Part shown: positions 25,703-39,620 of the stretch, piece after piece
Position numbering within the stretch: the stretch's first letter is position 1
Layout of the letters: each line of letters opens with the position of its first letter
Assembly: GCA_017499595.2 (NCBI GenBank)
Contig: CM038999.1
Span: 1,612,001 to 1,676,000, forward strand
DNA from: Psilocybe cubensis
Taxonomy: Eukaryota
Direction: 5' to 3'
Length of the DNA: 64,000 nt
The notes under the pieces: generated by a model
The model's database searches: none
What the model was told of the DNA's origin: nothing
Seen by the model: the letters and a program-made list of their open reading frames with translations, nothing else
Position numbers and translations under genes: made by a program

Positions 25703-28700
25703 TCACTGGAAGAAGAAAGTATGGACATCCGATTGACCGAAAGGTAGACTGCATGCGGGACATTTTCTCTGTCGGGTTGAAAGACGTGCATCCACGCAAC
25801 CTTTACAGAACGCTGGAAATTTTTATATTAAAATGCTTCAAGGGCAAGGACACACGACTTACTATGCATGCATTTTGTTATGATGGTGGAACGATAGGTC
25901 TCCTTACATGTAGTACATGTTGCCAATGACTATGAAATTTGAGCCATGAGAAAAAAATGAAATTGGGAAGTAACTTACCCTAAGTCGTTTCAGCTCCAAG
26001 GTTTCTGGATCTGACTTGACATTGCTCAAATCCGGTTTTACATCTCGCTTGAGCTGGGCAATTTGCTTCTCCATATCTTTCTTTGCCCGCATGAAGTCGT
26101 CCTCCTGTATGCGCAATTGCTCCCTAAGAGCGACCCGGTGACTTTCTCTTTCCCCTAACTGCAGATTCATCTGGGTGCAAGGTTGAGTAGCGTAAACATT
26201 ATACAGTAAAGCCTTACACGTACTTCGTGGATTCGTTTTTTATGTCCTTCGATTAATAAGTGTAGCTCTGGATTTTCTTTCTCAAAACGATGTAGCTTGT
26301 CTTTCAGGGCTTCACAACATTTCTTGAGAGCCAGAATCTCTTTATCGTGCACAGTCTAGAGGGAAATTGAATACGCCTTGGTCGAGAAGGAAGATTGAAA
26401 TAAACGCACGATTTGAATTCGCAAATGCTTTTCAGAATCTGTCAAACGATCCACCGCTTTACCCTGCCTCTCTAAAGTTCTCACTAGGTTTTTACGTTCG
26501 TTCTCAATTGCTTCTTTGTCGCGCATGGCAGCAAAGTATTTGTTATCGGATTTTGCTTTCTACAATTTTATGAGCTGGTTGTAAACAAGCCTTTAGCAGG
26601 TACTCACTTCGATTGCACTTTTCGATAAGCGTTCCTCCATGCTCGATAGATCAAACACCTTGCTTTTTAACTGCCGATCCAATGCTTCCCACAAGGCAGA
26701 CAACTTCTCCAATTCGACAAACAACGAAGATTCGCTCTTTGAACGCATTAGTATGTAATACATCGAAAATAGTGTAAAGGCTCACTTCTTTCCTTTGGGT
26801 TTCCAACAAACGCAATTTCTCCAATTCAGTTTCCTTCGCGCGCAACTCCTTTGCTAACTCGGATACATCAGGAGGAAGGGTCGAAAGAGTTCCGTAAGTC
26901 CTTTGATATTTATCAAGTTCGGCTTTCAGTTTAGAAAGTTGCTGAAGGGCGTTAGCTTCGGATTTCATGTGTTGCACTACGTCAGGTTGGTCGATTTTGT
27001 ACTGTTCAATTGTTTGCTCAAGCGCTGCCACCCTACCCTCTGCTTGGCTGTGGGACAGAGTTAGGGTAAATGAATAAGCGTGCTTGCCCAAGTATTCACC
27101 TTTTAGCTTCTCTCATAGCTTCGAAGTACCTGACCTGGTCAATGTTTCCAGCAAGGAAAAATGACATAAGTTCTTCAGAATTGGCATGAGCAGCCAGTTG
27201 AGCCTTGCATCGGCTGAGTTCCGATTGTAATATGTTTATTCGTTCCTATAAAATATTCGATGCGTTGGCATGCAACAAGACTTGACTCAACTTACTGAAT
27301 TGCTCTCCACAAGAAGTTTATATTCTTGGAGAGATGACGATCTTATCGAGTCCTTTTGCCGCCGTTCATTAAGTTCGGCACCCTGCTGCTCGCGTTGCTC
27401 GCGTAACCTCACGTTCTCCGAATCTCGCTTGGCCAACATAGCTTTAAGCTCTGACAGCGCTTGATTTGAGGTATTCTTGGAGGCAAAAATCAACTTCCCA
27501 TTCACAAAATCAATGGTTTGAAACTAACCGTTAAACCCTCCTCCATGTCGGTTCGGATCGCCTGTAGTTGTGTTACTTCCTCTAGCAGCCGATTTATTTG
27601 TTCGGTCTTCTCGTTGACAGTGGCTTCCAACTGTGAAGCGTGCCCTAGCAAAATTTTATAATACGGGCTTTCGCTGATAAATTCCAATGAAGGGGCTTTG
27701 AACTGTTGCTCATAAGCAACCAGGAGCAGCAAAAGGCGGAAAGGACTGACCTCTACTTCCATCATAGATTTCCGCTCTCGCAAGATAGCTGTCTCCTTCT
27801 CTAGCTCTACAATTTTTGCGTCTCTAAGTTTGATCTGCTCTCGCAGGATGTCGAATTCAGATGCATCATGAATCCCGTTAGTGTGTACAGGCGAACCCAC
27901 TGCGATAGGAGATGGCTACACAAAAATCAGAGATGAAATGAGAAAAAATGGTCAAATCTCCCACCAATTAACCAGCAACCAAACCACTCACTGCAGGTGA
28001 CGGCCTCTGCACTTCTTCTTTCGACTCCGGCCCGCTCTCTTGGCCCTTATTTCTCGGTGTGCGTGATTCCATCTCGCGTACTGAGGCACTTTGAGATCGT
28101 TCAAAGCGATTTTCGGCAACCACAAGAGCGTTATGATAATGCTCTTTCTGTGTTTCTGAATCTTCAAGTTTTGATTTGAGGATATTGATTTCAGATCTCA
28201 AAACGGCGCACTGTCTAAAGTTAGATACAATGGTCTATGTAGCACTTTGGTAGCACCCACTCACTTCGTTCTGCGCCCTTTGACATTCCACAAAACTTTG
28301 ATTTTGTAACAGTTGGGATTGTTTTTCTTCCCCAATCTGTACGAACTTTGTTATCAGTGCCCGTGTCGCGTTGGCTGTCTCTCCCAAAGCGGTCACCAAT
28401 TGCGATGATGGTTCGCTTTGGATATGAGCTGTAAGGTTAAATATTTCTAAGCCAGTATATTGTCAACTTCTTCAATAATCAACAACAAGGAGATTATATG
28501 TACCATCTGATTGTATATTGACCTCCGGAAGGTCGTTAGGCTTCACCACGAGACGTATGGTGTCAACAAGCTAAAGCATTGGTAAGATTCCTAGCCAGTC
28601 GCCATTTGAGAAGACAGGAATTTTGAAATACCTGTGCCCAACATGCTGATATGGCAGCTAGACCTGCTTCACAAGTCGTCTTGCGTCGTTCTAACTGCTG

Positions 28701-28973
28701 TATAATGACTTTGCTTCGCTCGTGTTCCTTAGAGTAATGTTTCATTCGTCGGTAGATTGCTTCTTTGCGATACAGCTGGGGAAAACATGAGAGTCAGTGG
28801 TTATGATGTATTTGAACATGAAAATTGAATACCTCGAGCTTCTCTCCAAATGAGTTCTCCTCTTGTTCAGGTGCACCATTTACAAGCGGGCTACCGTTAG
28901 CCCCCGTAAGAATGCGCTTCTTAGTGACTATTGGGTCTTCTTCGTCGACCAAAGGACGTTTTCTCGACTCCAT
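25703..28973 (-). CDS. BRE1: Histone H2B E3 ubiquitin ligase Bre1
   Basis: MESRKRP...YRKEAIYRRMKHY, long coiled coils with LRE-QRE, and a C-terminal RING CTTC...IITKCMH.FCKGCVDARLSTRQRKCPAC. Confidence 0.92.
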
Positions 28974-29349
28974 TGTCAACAGTTTGATGGGGGTGGAAAC
29001 AATGGTGCAAGAATGTCGTTGAAATGGACGTCTCACTGAGTGAATGTGAGCAATTGTTTCCAAACTCCGGCTGGCGGATTGCCAAATTTGCAATTCAGCC
29101 AGGAAACGAAAGATGACAAAGCCTCACGCCCGTTGTGCCACAATCTTGTACAACTTGACGCCCCGCGCTACAACCCTATGCAGCTTCAACTTGAACGTCA
29201 TTCCCGCTCAAGTTTGATATACAATGAACGCATGAAAGCACAGTACTACGTATACATTTGAGGCCTCTACTAAAAGGGAAAGTAGACGAATATTAATTAT
29301 GTCTACCACATATGTGTCTATTAGTCATTTCGGTTCGTGTCCATTAAAA

Positions 29350-31512
29350 TCACTGGCTAAACTTCAAAATATATGTAGTTGTAAGGTCCAGGTCGAGAAT
29401 CTCGCAGTCCATCTGGCTACCGTCCCCGATTTGACTCTCTATGCAGGCAAGATCCAAGGGCTGCACACAAAAAGTCAGTACTTGTTTCAAACATTCGATT
29501 AGTAGGACCTACTTTTCCAAGAACTGTCATCGGTTGATCTGGAATTATTTGCTTTAGTTATCGTTACTCAGAGGGAAGACCAACTATCACTCACGCCAAA
29601 TCCCAGCGTTGTATGATATCCCTTGCGAGGTAGTCGCTACGAAAGCCCTCAAAGTTTTCATATCTGGCTTATCATTCGAACCGTTGTGCGCCACCACTAC
29701 AAGGTACGCATTTGCTGGATCTTCTAAGCCTCCAGAGGAGCCAGCTCCCATTGGAATGAATGCTTGGTTCGTATACGGATGTCGTTCTAACGTTCGCAGG
29801 ACAGTGATTCCATCCGAGATGTCGGTAAGAGGTTCGCATCGATACACAGAAATTCCCGTAGATGCCCCGGCCTCTGGTGGATATGTAGATACGAGAAGTG
29901 ATTGCTTATGGAATTTTTCAGCTGTTCCTCCATTCGCAGGCGTCACTTTAATTGCTGCTCGTGTGGGGTGATTTCGACGATATGCTTGGATGACCTGACC
30001 AAAGGGAGCAAATTCTTCAGCAGTCAAGGGAACAACTGGAATCACGAAAATCTGAGACTGCGGATCCGACATTGGGGTCAACGATGGTGTGGGTATTGCT
30101 GGTGAAGGGGTGATTTGTGATGTAGAAGCGATAGGCTGATCTACTCTTCGGCCCATGATCCGTATCCTCTTTAGACCGCCATCGGGGAATATTATTACTT
30201 TGACATGGGTATATGTCTTGTTTACTACATTTTCCAACTCGAAAAAGTGTTGTCTGTGCGGGCCCAATTTTGTGCGAGGAAGAATCATTGTCCATTTTGA
30301 GTGATCAGCTAAACTATCACTCCAGTTGTCGCCGTCAGGTGTCGAGAGAGCGTATATTTCACAACTTTCAGGGAAATTGCCGAGGAAGTGGTGTGTATCA
30401 AGTTCGACTTCTGTCAGTTCTCCGGGAACTCCACTGTGAATAAGTCAGGTATATGCCGAATGAAAAACAAAAGATGCATACAGTTGAATAACAACCCAAT
30501 CGTTGTGCCCCTTGGTGCGACTTCGTTTGGTTTCCCAGCCATCTCCCATGTTTACACCTCGTCCGGGTAGGATGAGATTGGCACCGACACCGAAATGTTG
30601 GTCAGACACTCGAAGAACGCGTCCTCCAGCAAATACATGAGCTAAATCGAACAGATGGTCTGGTGGTGGGTGTACAGGCAGTACTTTTCCGTAAACCCTA
30701 AAGCGCGCCTGCACGATAGGGGTAGTTTAATTTGGCGATAAGAGATACTAAAATTAGACTCACGATACCACCGTCTGGATACATGCGAAGTATTACATAG
30801 TTGTAACATGGAGTGGGCGTAACCTTGAACAAATGACGGGAATTAGGTCCAAGATTACTTCTGGGAAGGATTTCTCTCCACTAGAATCGTTGTATAAGTA
30901 TAGAATTCACTATCATGGAAAAGTGGCGGCTCACTCTGGGATCATCTGGTGTGGGATCCTTCAAATCAGCATCATAAAGGGCATGGACAGAAACTGCAGG
31001 TGCCTCATTTCCTAACAAGCGGATATCAAGAACTGCAGGCGAATCGTGTGTGTGCAAAAACGTACCATTGAAGTTGGATGTGTCAACATCGAATCCTGAG
31101 ATAGACCCGGTCGTACCGAGCTGAATGATGCACCAATCGTGGTCCGGGTTGTGCCTCCTTGTCTCCCACCCGCTGTATAGCGCACCGTTCGGTCCAAACT
31201 GGCCCTTTAACGACGGTGCAGGCTAACGCACATTACTCATTGAGAATTACGGCTATGAACAAAAAAGATGTGATAATCTCACCTCCACCAATAGTAAATG
31301 AAATGCCTCAGCGAAGAACTCGTCAGACACTGCGACAATGCGGCCCCCTAACGCAACACTGGATAGCTCTGTTACTGGTCGGATTATTGATTAACCGACC
31401 AATGCCGTAGTGAGACAAATGAAATACATGTGTCATCAGCAAGAGATTCACCTGTTGAAGACGAGAAATTGGCTTCAAAGTCGTTGAGATTGATTTGTTC
31501 AATGGCAGACAT
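29350..31512 (-). CDS. Allantoicase fused to a C-terminal ureidoglycolate lyase domain (Dal2-Dal3 fusion)
   Basis: Two allantoicase repeats (SDEFF...GWETRRHN...YPDGGIARFRVYG; SDQHFG...[11 protein letters not shown]...[10 protein letters not shown]), then in the same exon [11 protein letters not shown]...ANGGTA...[13 protein letters not shown]...GIWH, which is ureidoglycolate lyase-like. Confidence 0.92.
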
Positions 31513-31968
31513 ATTCAGGAATAAAACAACGCAAGTGGGCAAAAGAAGGGAATTTTAAATGTCGCCTTTGAGACAGCCTTCTTATGGGTCTCCGGAATGG
31601 ACGACCGCTTTGGTCCGACCTCGCGGCGCGCATGCAACTCACCATGATAAGATTGTAGAATGTGCGTACATAACACTTCGATGATAACAGGGAACGGAGA
31701 GCTGGGCTGGGTGTTTGCTATGCCTCTTATATCGTTGTTATCCAAGCTTAACGTTGATTAGCCCGTCGTACTGACCACGATAAAGTGACGGAAATTTGAG
31801 AGATAGTCTATAGCACGATCATCGGAAGAATCAACCGAGACCAGCGGGCAAGTTGATTATCGGATAACCAGCAGAATACGTAAATCGGCGATTTTAATTA
31901 TAAAATCTATCAAGTCTATGACTCTTTGCTGTACTAGCGACACACTAGCGACACACAGACTGAAAACT

Positions 31969-33516
31969 TTACCGTAACATGACATCTAATTCTAACCCTT
32001 CGACGCAAAATTCCTTTAATCGGCGGAAATCTTCGACATGGCTAGATAGCAATTCCAACTCGACGCGTTTGAGCCGCCGCACTTGACGGCAATGATATCT
32101 CCACCTAGATTCCACCATGTCGGCCACCATTCCATCAGCAGTCCACAAGCAACTACCACGAAACGTGAGCGACTCTAGGTTCGGAAGACGGCACGCTTGG
32201 GCTGAGACTTGATTTTGCAAAGCCTCCGACATAGTGGGCATCACAGAAGTGGACTCATGGATAAAGGGAGAGCATGTAAGAAGGTTGACTGCAAGGTCCG
32301 TAACGAAAGGGTCCCATGTCCAATCACGCCTATCTTGCACAGTAATACTTTCAAGCGACTGAAGATAAGGATTGCATAGACAATCCGCAAATTCATCGAA
32401 TCTCATCCCGGTATCGTGGATTTCGAAGTGCGAGGGACGGCACCTTGATCGCTTCAAGAATGCGCCAAATTTACTTTGCGGCCATCCATATTGGTCCAGC
32501 GGGCCTCTGACGTGTATCGTCATTTGCTTAAGCGCAGGAAGCGTAACTTTTTCCAAAAAAGTGGCAACTTGCTCGTGCCCGATGTTAATCTCCAAAGAAT
32601 GTAATTCACGGTTGATGGGGGTTTCAGGCAAGGGTCCCGAGAGTGCGTCAATTTTAAAGGAGCAATCGATTAATTTGGGGCAGTTTTCAAGGATGCGAAG
32701 ACTAGTCCCGACTGAAGGCAGATAATCGAGGGATAAAGTGACGAGCTGACTCCATGGTATTCTGACGGAGGTTTCTCCGAAAATATCAAGGTCAGGTATT
32801 CTGGATACTTGCAGGTGCGATAGGTGGGGAACAAAGTCGAAAATTCCGAAAAGGTCCTTGTCTTCCGCTTCATATATTCTATAGCACGTCTGCATACGAA
32901 ATTGTTTGAGCATCGGTGCCGACCTTTGCTGAGAGGTCAACAATCGGCAATATCTCGGGCCAGTCAAGTCGAAATGGATGTTGCTCCAGCGGTGTATATA
33001 AAGTCTGTAGAGGTCGAGTATTTCTCCGGCAGCAATACGATTGTCATTCGATTCGTTTTGTTGATAAAGTGCGAGTGATAACGGGAGTTCACCAGAGCGA
33101 GCGAGCCAGATATTTGCTAACGGTAGGCAAGGTCGTGACTTTCCCATCGAGACAAAGACATCCAAAGAAGTCCATAGACGGGGAAGGGTCAGGGAAATAT
33201 GGCGCCATAGATTGCATACTTGACAAAGAAGTAGGGGTGCTACTTGAGACGCGAAACCGACCATGTAGATGGATTGGTAGAGAAACTCAGACTGTGACGG
33301 CCGAGGTGGAACGCACCACAAAAATATTTCTTGAAGCAATTCCATTGGTAATGAAGACAAAGATATGGATCTTCCATCCGCCTGAGACCTGCGATCCATA
33401 CTGTTTGTAGTGGGCAAAAGCGTGTGGTTGGGTTTAATGGGTTCATGGGAACCAGCTGAGGTGGGTAGGGACATAGTGTTCAGATTATCGAAACGAGGTG
33501 CAGACCTAGCGTGCAT
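31969..33516 (-). CDS. F-box protein with LRR-like C-terminal region (expanded Agaricomycete family)
   Basis: LSSLPMELLQEIFLWC...PLLLCQVCNLWRHISLTLPRLWT, WLARSGELPLSL, IPWSQL, LPALKQM and MVESRW; intronless 515-aa ORF. Confidence 0.85.
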   Translation of the reverse strand: MHARSAPRFDNLNTMSLPTSAGSHEPIKPNHTLLPTTNSMDRRSQADGRSISLSSLPMELLQEIFLWCVPPRPSQSEFLYQSIYMVGFASQVAPLLLCQVCNLWRHISLTLPRLWTSLDVFVSMGKSRPCLPLANIWLARSGELPLSLALYQQNESNDNRIAAGEILDLYRLYIHRWSNIHFDLTGPRYCRLLTSQQRSAPMLKQFRMQTCYRIYEAEDKDLFGIFDFVPHLSHLQVSRIPDLDIFGETSVRIPWSQLVTLSLDYLPSVGTSLRILENCPKLIDCSFKIDALSGPLPETPINRELHSLEINIGHEQVATFLEKVTLPALKQMTIHVRGPLDQYGWPQSKFGAFLKRSRCRPSHFEIHDTGMRFDEFADCLCNPYLQSLESITVQDRRDWTWDPFVTDLAVNLLTCSPFIHESTSVMPTMSEALQNQVSAQACRLPNLESLTFRGSCLWTADGMVADMVESRWRYHCRQVRRLKRVELELLSSHVEDFRRLKEFCVEGLELDVMLR

Positions 33517-34274
33517 GAGCTATTATAACATTAGTACAACTCTTCAACGTAATGATATCACGCATACCTGAGAAAATGAAGATAGAGCGACAGGGCAAGA
33601 AGGTAAAGGATCAAATTCAGGTCGATCTGCTGCCACCGATTAATTCAAAAAGTAGGGATGCTGCGGTTACAGACGAAGCGGTGAGCTAAAGCAAGCAGGA
33701 ATGTTGACGAGCAGAGCATGTAAGGATGTTTCGCATTTGAGACATTTGTCGGCGGGTGTTCTGCTCGTCGTCATACTAAGCACATTTCCCATTGGTATGA
33801 TTTTGAACAAACAAAACCTCTTTCCTATCCGCATTGTCGTGAGACTGAAGAATGGTGAAGACGCGTGGTACATCAAATAGCTGAAGACTTTACTAACTTA
33901 CACTCTTGTAGATCGGCTACGAACAAATGCCAAATTACAGGTGATTTGATTTTGGTTTTCTGAAATTATCAAGCTTATATGACGTCTAATACTTGTTTAA
34001 TGACGCGCCTGGTTGCCTGCCGAGCATCTTGTATATTGACGCAAGCGCCCCAATGAGAATCAAAAAGCGACAAAAACTCCAGATGCGCATGCGATCCATT
34101 CGCTTAAAGTATGGGCCGGAGGGCCCGTGATCAAAGTGTGATGACCAATCAAGCCGCCATTTGGTTCATGGAGGCTTGTTCGCCCTGGCGCGCTTGGTGT
34201 TGCGAATGATATTAATATCTCGTTGCGGCGCAGAAACTGCTAGACACCCTCGAGATAGTTGAGTGACACGCGAG

Positions 34275-35190
34275 TTATTTTCGCGCTATGATTGTTCGTT
34301 GTTTCCCCCACGGATCAGTCCAAATTTCGGTGCAACGAAAGCAACCGGTGTCGCGCATTATAGTTTCAACGGCACAAGCTTGATTATGACCCACTTCGAG
34401 TGCCACAATAGCGCTCGGTGCCAGGAGATTCTTATGCGATACTAGGCGCGCGATTGCGTGATAGAAATCAAGGCCCGAGGATCCCGCTAAGAGAGCTCGA
34501 CGGTCTTCATAATCTAAGACGGAAGGAGGGAGTTCGATATACTCTTTCCACGGTATGTAAGGTGGGTTGGAAGTGATAACATCAAAAGGGGAATTAGCGC
34601 GCAATGCGGGACTCGGGAAGTCCTCCGCAAGAAAGTCTGAATTGAAGACAGTGAAAGTATTCTGTGGCTTCTTGGAACCATCCAATTGCGATGGAATTCC
34701 ACAGAGTGCAGCGTTGTCCTGTGCCAAGGTCAAAGCGTGGGGAGAAATGTCGACTGCGTGCGCCTTGACACTTCCTGGGGGCCAAAGATGACAGAGTAGA
34801 AGTGGGATGCAGCCTGAGCCTGTACCCAGGTCCAAAAGAGAAATAGGCTTTTGTGCAGTTGGCGAAAGTGACTCGGCAAGAACAGTCGCCCAATGCTCAG
34901 TCTCCGGACGTGGAATCAAGACCGGAGGACGGACGAGGAGATTGAGCGGACCAAACGGCTGGGTACCTGGTAGAGAATATGTGACTCTGCAGCGCGACGC
35001 GGTGTGGTATGCGCAGACGCGTACCCAAGATATACTGGAGGGGCTCATGCTGGAGCCTGCGAGCGACCATGTCTGCGAGAGAGAGCTGGGACGCACGGGA
35101 GTCGATGGCTGCCTGCATCCATCTGAGCTCTCTGAGAGCCTGCGGGGTGCCCAGGGCAGAGGAGAGAGTCGCGAGGAGACGGGAAAACAT
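34275..35190 (-). CDS. MTQ1: HemK/PrmC-family release factor glutamine methyltransferase (mitochondrial Mtq1-like)
   Basis: RRLQHEPLQYIL/GTQPFG, LIPRPETE, LDLGTGSGCI and SNPPYI; one intron. Confidence 0.9.
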
Positions 35191-35430
35191 GCGGAAGATG
35201 AGGGAGAGAGCGGAAGGACAGTCGGATGGTGGTTCGCGAGCTGGATTGGTTCGGTTTGGCGGTTTGGCATGGTCCGGGACAGAGTATTCGGCCGTGAAAT
35301 AAAAATCAGCTGGATCACCTGCACGCACAGTAACGCTGTTCTGGTCAATACCATTCCCGGTCCGCTCTTTACTTTTACCTTCATCTCAACGCCCACACCG
35401 ACTCCGCTGTCCCCACCGCCTTTGCCTCCC

Positions 35431-37623
35431 ATGGCCGCCGTCTACGCAGTCGCCCCGAGGCCTGCCCCCAGCGCATTGTCTGCGGTACGATCTCTCTTTC
35501 TATGTCCATCCCACCGCTCATCTCGCACCACAACAGGCTGGTCCTTCCAACCCCCTTAAGAAAAATACCTCTCTTTCTACAGTCTCCTCTGCCACCGCCG
35601 CCGCCTCCAAGCGTAAGCGCAACGAATCCCCAGAGGACGTCTCTGGAGACTCGGCTGCCTCGCAGCCACAGCGAAAACCCAGAGAAGGGCCCAAGAAAAA
35701 GAAAGCCAACCGTGCTTGCTACCACTGCCAGAAGGCCCATCTCACATGCGACGATTGTATGTGGCTCTTCTCTGCATTTTTCTTCATGCATGGATTTTTA
35801 GAAAATGTTGTACTCATTTCTCGCGTCTGTGCAGCACGACCTTGCCAGCGCTGTGTCAAACGTGGATTCGCCAATAACTGTACAGAAGGCCATCGTAAAA
35901 AGGCTAAATACCTTTTGGATGAGGAGGAGCTAGGTACCATCCGTCATAATCTGTGTATCTTCCAGCCAGTAGATTTATTCGGATCACGTGACCTATAGAA
36001 CAGCTCAAGCAAGGCAAATCTGCGCCTGAGAACCTGACAAGCACAAGTACCCCCGTAGACCCACCTCCAATCCCAATCGGTGTGTATACCAACTCCAACA
36101 ATCCCGATGTTTGTTGATATTTTTAATATGACAGCTGAGCCTTTTCCTCAAAACGATACCATGCTGGCTTCATCTTTCGATCCCAACTTTTCATTTGGTT
36201 CTGAAGCTGCCAACCTCGAATACTCTATTCTGTCCGCAATCTTGGGGAATCCTAGTCCCCCTGAAACGTCGACAACACCCCCGCCTGCCCCGCCCCCGCC
36301 TCAGTATTCGTCTTGGCCCTCAGATCCAATCGATTTTGCGGCCTCACCACGCCTGGCCAGTACATCCGCTAACAGCTTTAGCACGCCGTATGGCGAAAAT
36401 CAAATGCCTCCCCAGCAGTCAGAAAGCAATCTGTCCACTTCGCCTGCAAACACTGCACATTATTTGACATATCCATATCCACACGCACAACGGTCGGAGG
36501 AGCTTACGGAACTATCTTACCCTACAACATCCTATTCCACTTCTCAACCGAGTACAGCTCTTCATCCTTTGCAACCACGGTATCCGCTTGACACCCGACC
36601 GCGATCGCCTCCTACTGTATTTCTTCATAATCCATCCTCCAAGGATACGGCTTCGCGTGGACTTCTTTCTCCTCCACCCTCAACAAGTTCGCCTAGTTCC
36701 ACCTCTTCTGTGCCGACAGGTGTTGCCGACATAGTTCGGCCACCATCATGTGGATCGAAGTTGCAGACCATCACAGACCGTGTCACTGCACCGTATGATT
36801 ATACGGAGGGGTACCACTTTTTAATGAAGCACCTGCCCACTCGGTACGTGTGCTCTCGAGATGTTTTTATGCTCGTTGAGTGCTTCTAGTGCTCAGAATC
36901 TGACATTACCTCCCTTCGTACTTCATTGCTCCATTATATTTTTACATCCCTTTTTTCAACTCAAAGCTTTGAAAAGAATGACATATTGCGCATTGTGCGG
37001 GCTTTGGCCATCTTTCGACCATCACTCATCGCTCTGCAAATGCCTTTATCACTGGATGACGAGATCTTCGTTGAGCGATGCTTCCAGAGGACCCTTTTGG
37101 TTAGTCTTGAAGTTTATTAAACACTAAAAGTCCGTACTAACCACGATATCACAGGAATTGGATAAGCTGATGTCCTATAGTGGGACTCCAACGGTTGTCT
37201 GGCGTCGAACAGGCGAAATCTGTTTGGTCGCCCCCGAGTTCTGCATGTTAACTGAGTGGCCACTAGAAGACCTCGTGGGCAACGGTCGGAAAAAATATAT
37301 TTATGAAGTACGTTACGCCGAGTGCGCTTTCCCTCAGCGTATTGTTCTAATTATGGTCTGTTTCATAGCTATTTGAGAACCAATCAGTTGTCGAATATTG
37401 GGAGAATTTCGCTTCCCATGCTTTCGAAAACACCACGCAGTCGGTGTACTCCCATTGTGTGTTGCTAAAACCTTCAGGTGCACCCGTGCCCTCTACCTTC
37501 TGCTTTTCAATACGCAGGGATCTATTTGATCTTCCAAGTATAGTCATAGGTGCGTAAACGGCATTTGCGACATTGCGAATAGAACCTGACTTGTTTATAG
37601 GACAATGGCTTCCACTTTTATAG
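35431..37623 (+). CDS. ERT1: Zn(II)2Cys6 + PAS transcription factor for gluconeogenesis, AcuK/Ert1-like
   Basis: [26 protein letters not shown]...[62 protein letters not shown]. Confidence 0.85.
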
Positions 37624-38125
37624 CACGCCACCGCGTGGCAAAACTCTGAATTATGCTCTTTTTCGTATCATTATTTCGTCCATGCATGTCATACAGTTCT
37701 ATCCCTTCTTTATTCCTAACGCCCCATGATTTTACGCCCTGGAAGCATCTGGATATATACTCCTCAAGCTACCTTTTATTACACGACCGACGTCATTTTT
37801 GCGTCAGCTTTATTTTACATGTTCTGCTGTCGACAATCTTTGCTCTCCTGCTTTTTAAAACGTACCAGATGTACCACCTTCATGCCGACTTGCCTCTATG
37901 CCTCCATGTCCCTCTTACCCATAGTCGGTATAAACCATCTCAAGTCATTATCCATCACATTACTATCAATCATCATCCATTTTCATCTAAATATAAAAGA
38001 GGCTTTGACAAGCTACACTGGTTGCAAGCGTCAGGATCATACTCTACCTACATAAACAGGGTGTATTATAACGAAAAATAAGATGCTCGGGATATCAACT
38101 CTCTCTCCTCGAAGCGAGCATTTGC

Positions 38126-38928
38126 TTAGACGGTATCTTGGATGGCGGCATAGTCGCTTTCTACACCAGGTTCAAGGAGGGCAGCGTGTCCGAGGATAAG
38201 AATAGCCGATCCTATGAGGATGGAAAAGACTGTTGCGAAGGGGCCAGCCCACCAGAACAGGGGGATTCCGATCACGAAAAGGATGGTGTACAGGTGTTTC
38301 TGTGTGATGGTATGTTCGCCGACTTGCGTTGCCTCCGGAGCTAGCGGGGCCAACCAACATGCATCAATGGGCTGAAAATGCAAAGGCGCATGACAAGCGT
38401 ACCGAATTTATTGATGAGGGCGAAGCCGCCGACGAGGAAAATGAGAGACAAAAGGAGCTCGTAGTTTGTGATGCTATAGGAAATGTGAGCTAAAAATTGA
38501 CGCTGGTGAACTGAGATGGGCCTACACCGAATAGACAGCCAGCAATGCGACAATCAGCAGGTAGTTTCCTACCAGGTTTTCGACAGGTTAGTCTTCCGGA
38601 CTGACAGTAACAGGTTATTTCTGTGTATAATTACCTGAGAAATAACGCGTATTGTAGGATATCCGCTACAAAAACCATACATGTCAACACCTCTTTTTGC
38701 TACAACACACGACCGCAAATAGCAATACTTACTGAGGTTGCTTGGTTCAAATCGGCAGGCTTTGAGATGCGTTGAACGTCAAAGAACTCTGAAACTGGTC
38801 GCAGGCCAGATAGTTTGGTTTCCTAGAAAGACGCCGGTTTTAGGTTTCCTTTCGTTCGTAATTTGCACAGCCGGCCAGCGCACCCTAAGAGATTTCAAGG
38901 CATCGTTGACTTTGAGAATGGCTTCCAT
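38126..38928 (-). CDS. YIP3: PRA1-family Rab acceptor (Yip3-like)
   Basis: LRPVSEFFD...RISYNTRYFSGNY, hydrophobic hairpins, ILGHAALLEP. Confidence 0.88.
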
Positions 38929-39280
38929 TGCGTCGGGTTGGTTTTGGCGGGAATTCGTGAAGTTGCGAAAAAAACGAAAAGAGCGGGCTCGAGCCGTGGC
39001 TGGTGATAGTGAGGGTTAAAGGCAAAGGTGCTTTATGCAGAAGGTTGTATGCTGAACGTCAGTGTATATATGACGGCCGCAGTCACGCTGTGGCCGCAGC
39101 TCTTCCATTGTCGTGGATGTTTGTCCTTGCTTGGGTTAGATGCCCTCGAACAATGTAAGCCTGATTGATCGCTTTGTGGCGGTGCTGCGTCCCCAGTGCC
39201 AACGCTTAACACTGTGAAGGTTGAATTGTTTCCATTGTCCTCATCTTTGCTATCCAGCACTCAGCCCTCAGGACATCTCT

Positions 39281-39620
39281 ATGATTCGAAGAAACCCTAC
39301 ACTGATCCCACTGACCGACACGGACGTTCAAGACGTCCGGGACATGGTGACGAAACAAAAACACGACCTGCACAACCATCAACTGCTCATGCTCAAAATG
39401 AAGCGTCTCGCAGAATCGCCTTCTATGTCAAAAGAAGACAGAGAAATGTTCGAACAGATGAAAGAGGCACTATTTCGCACCGACAAGGCCAAGGAAAAGG
39501 CAAAGCGGTTGGGTTTGGACCCAGGTCAGTTCGCCCCTACTGGTTCACTATTTCCCACATCGATAAGCTCACTCATTTCGCGTCCTCAACTTCCGAACAG
39601 AATCTTCGAAAAGCTCCTAA
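39281..39620 (+). CDS. CDC26: APC/C subunit Cdc26/Hcn1-like small protein
   Basis: N-terminus MIRRNPTLIPLTDTDV matches the M(L/I)RRxPT motif of Cdc26/Hcn1. An intron at ~39525-39600 gives a short ESSKSS* end. Confidence 0.7.

Noticed and set aside
31933-31954. Direct repeat ACTAGCGACAC x2 after the F-box stop
   Set aside because: Simple 11-bp slippage duplication with no element between the copies.
34807-35559. Long antisense or alternative-frame ORFs (250 aa here; also 39196-39813, 41606-42580, 52557-53294, 52612-53286)
   Set aside because: Shadows of GC-rich real exons (MTQ1, CDC26, PEX5, CHD1) with no domain signal of their own.
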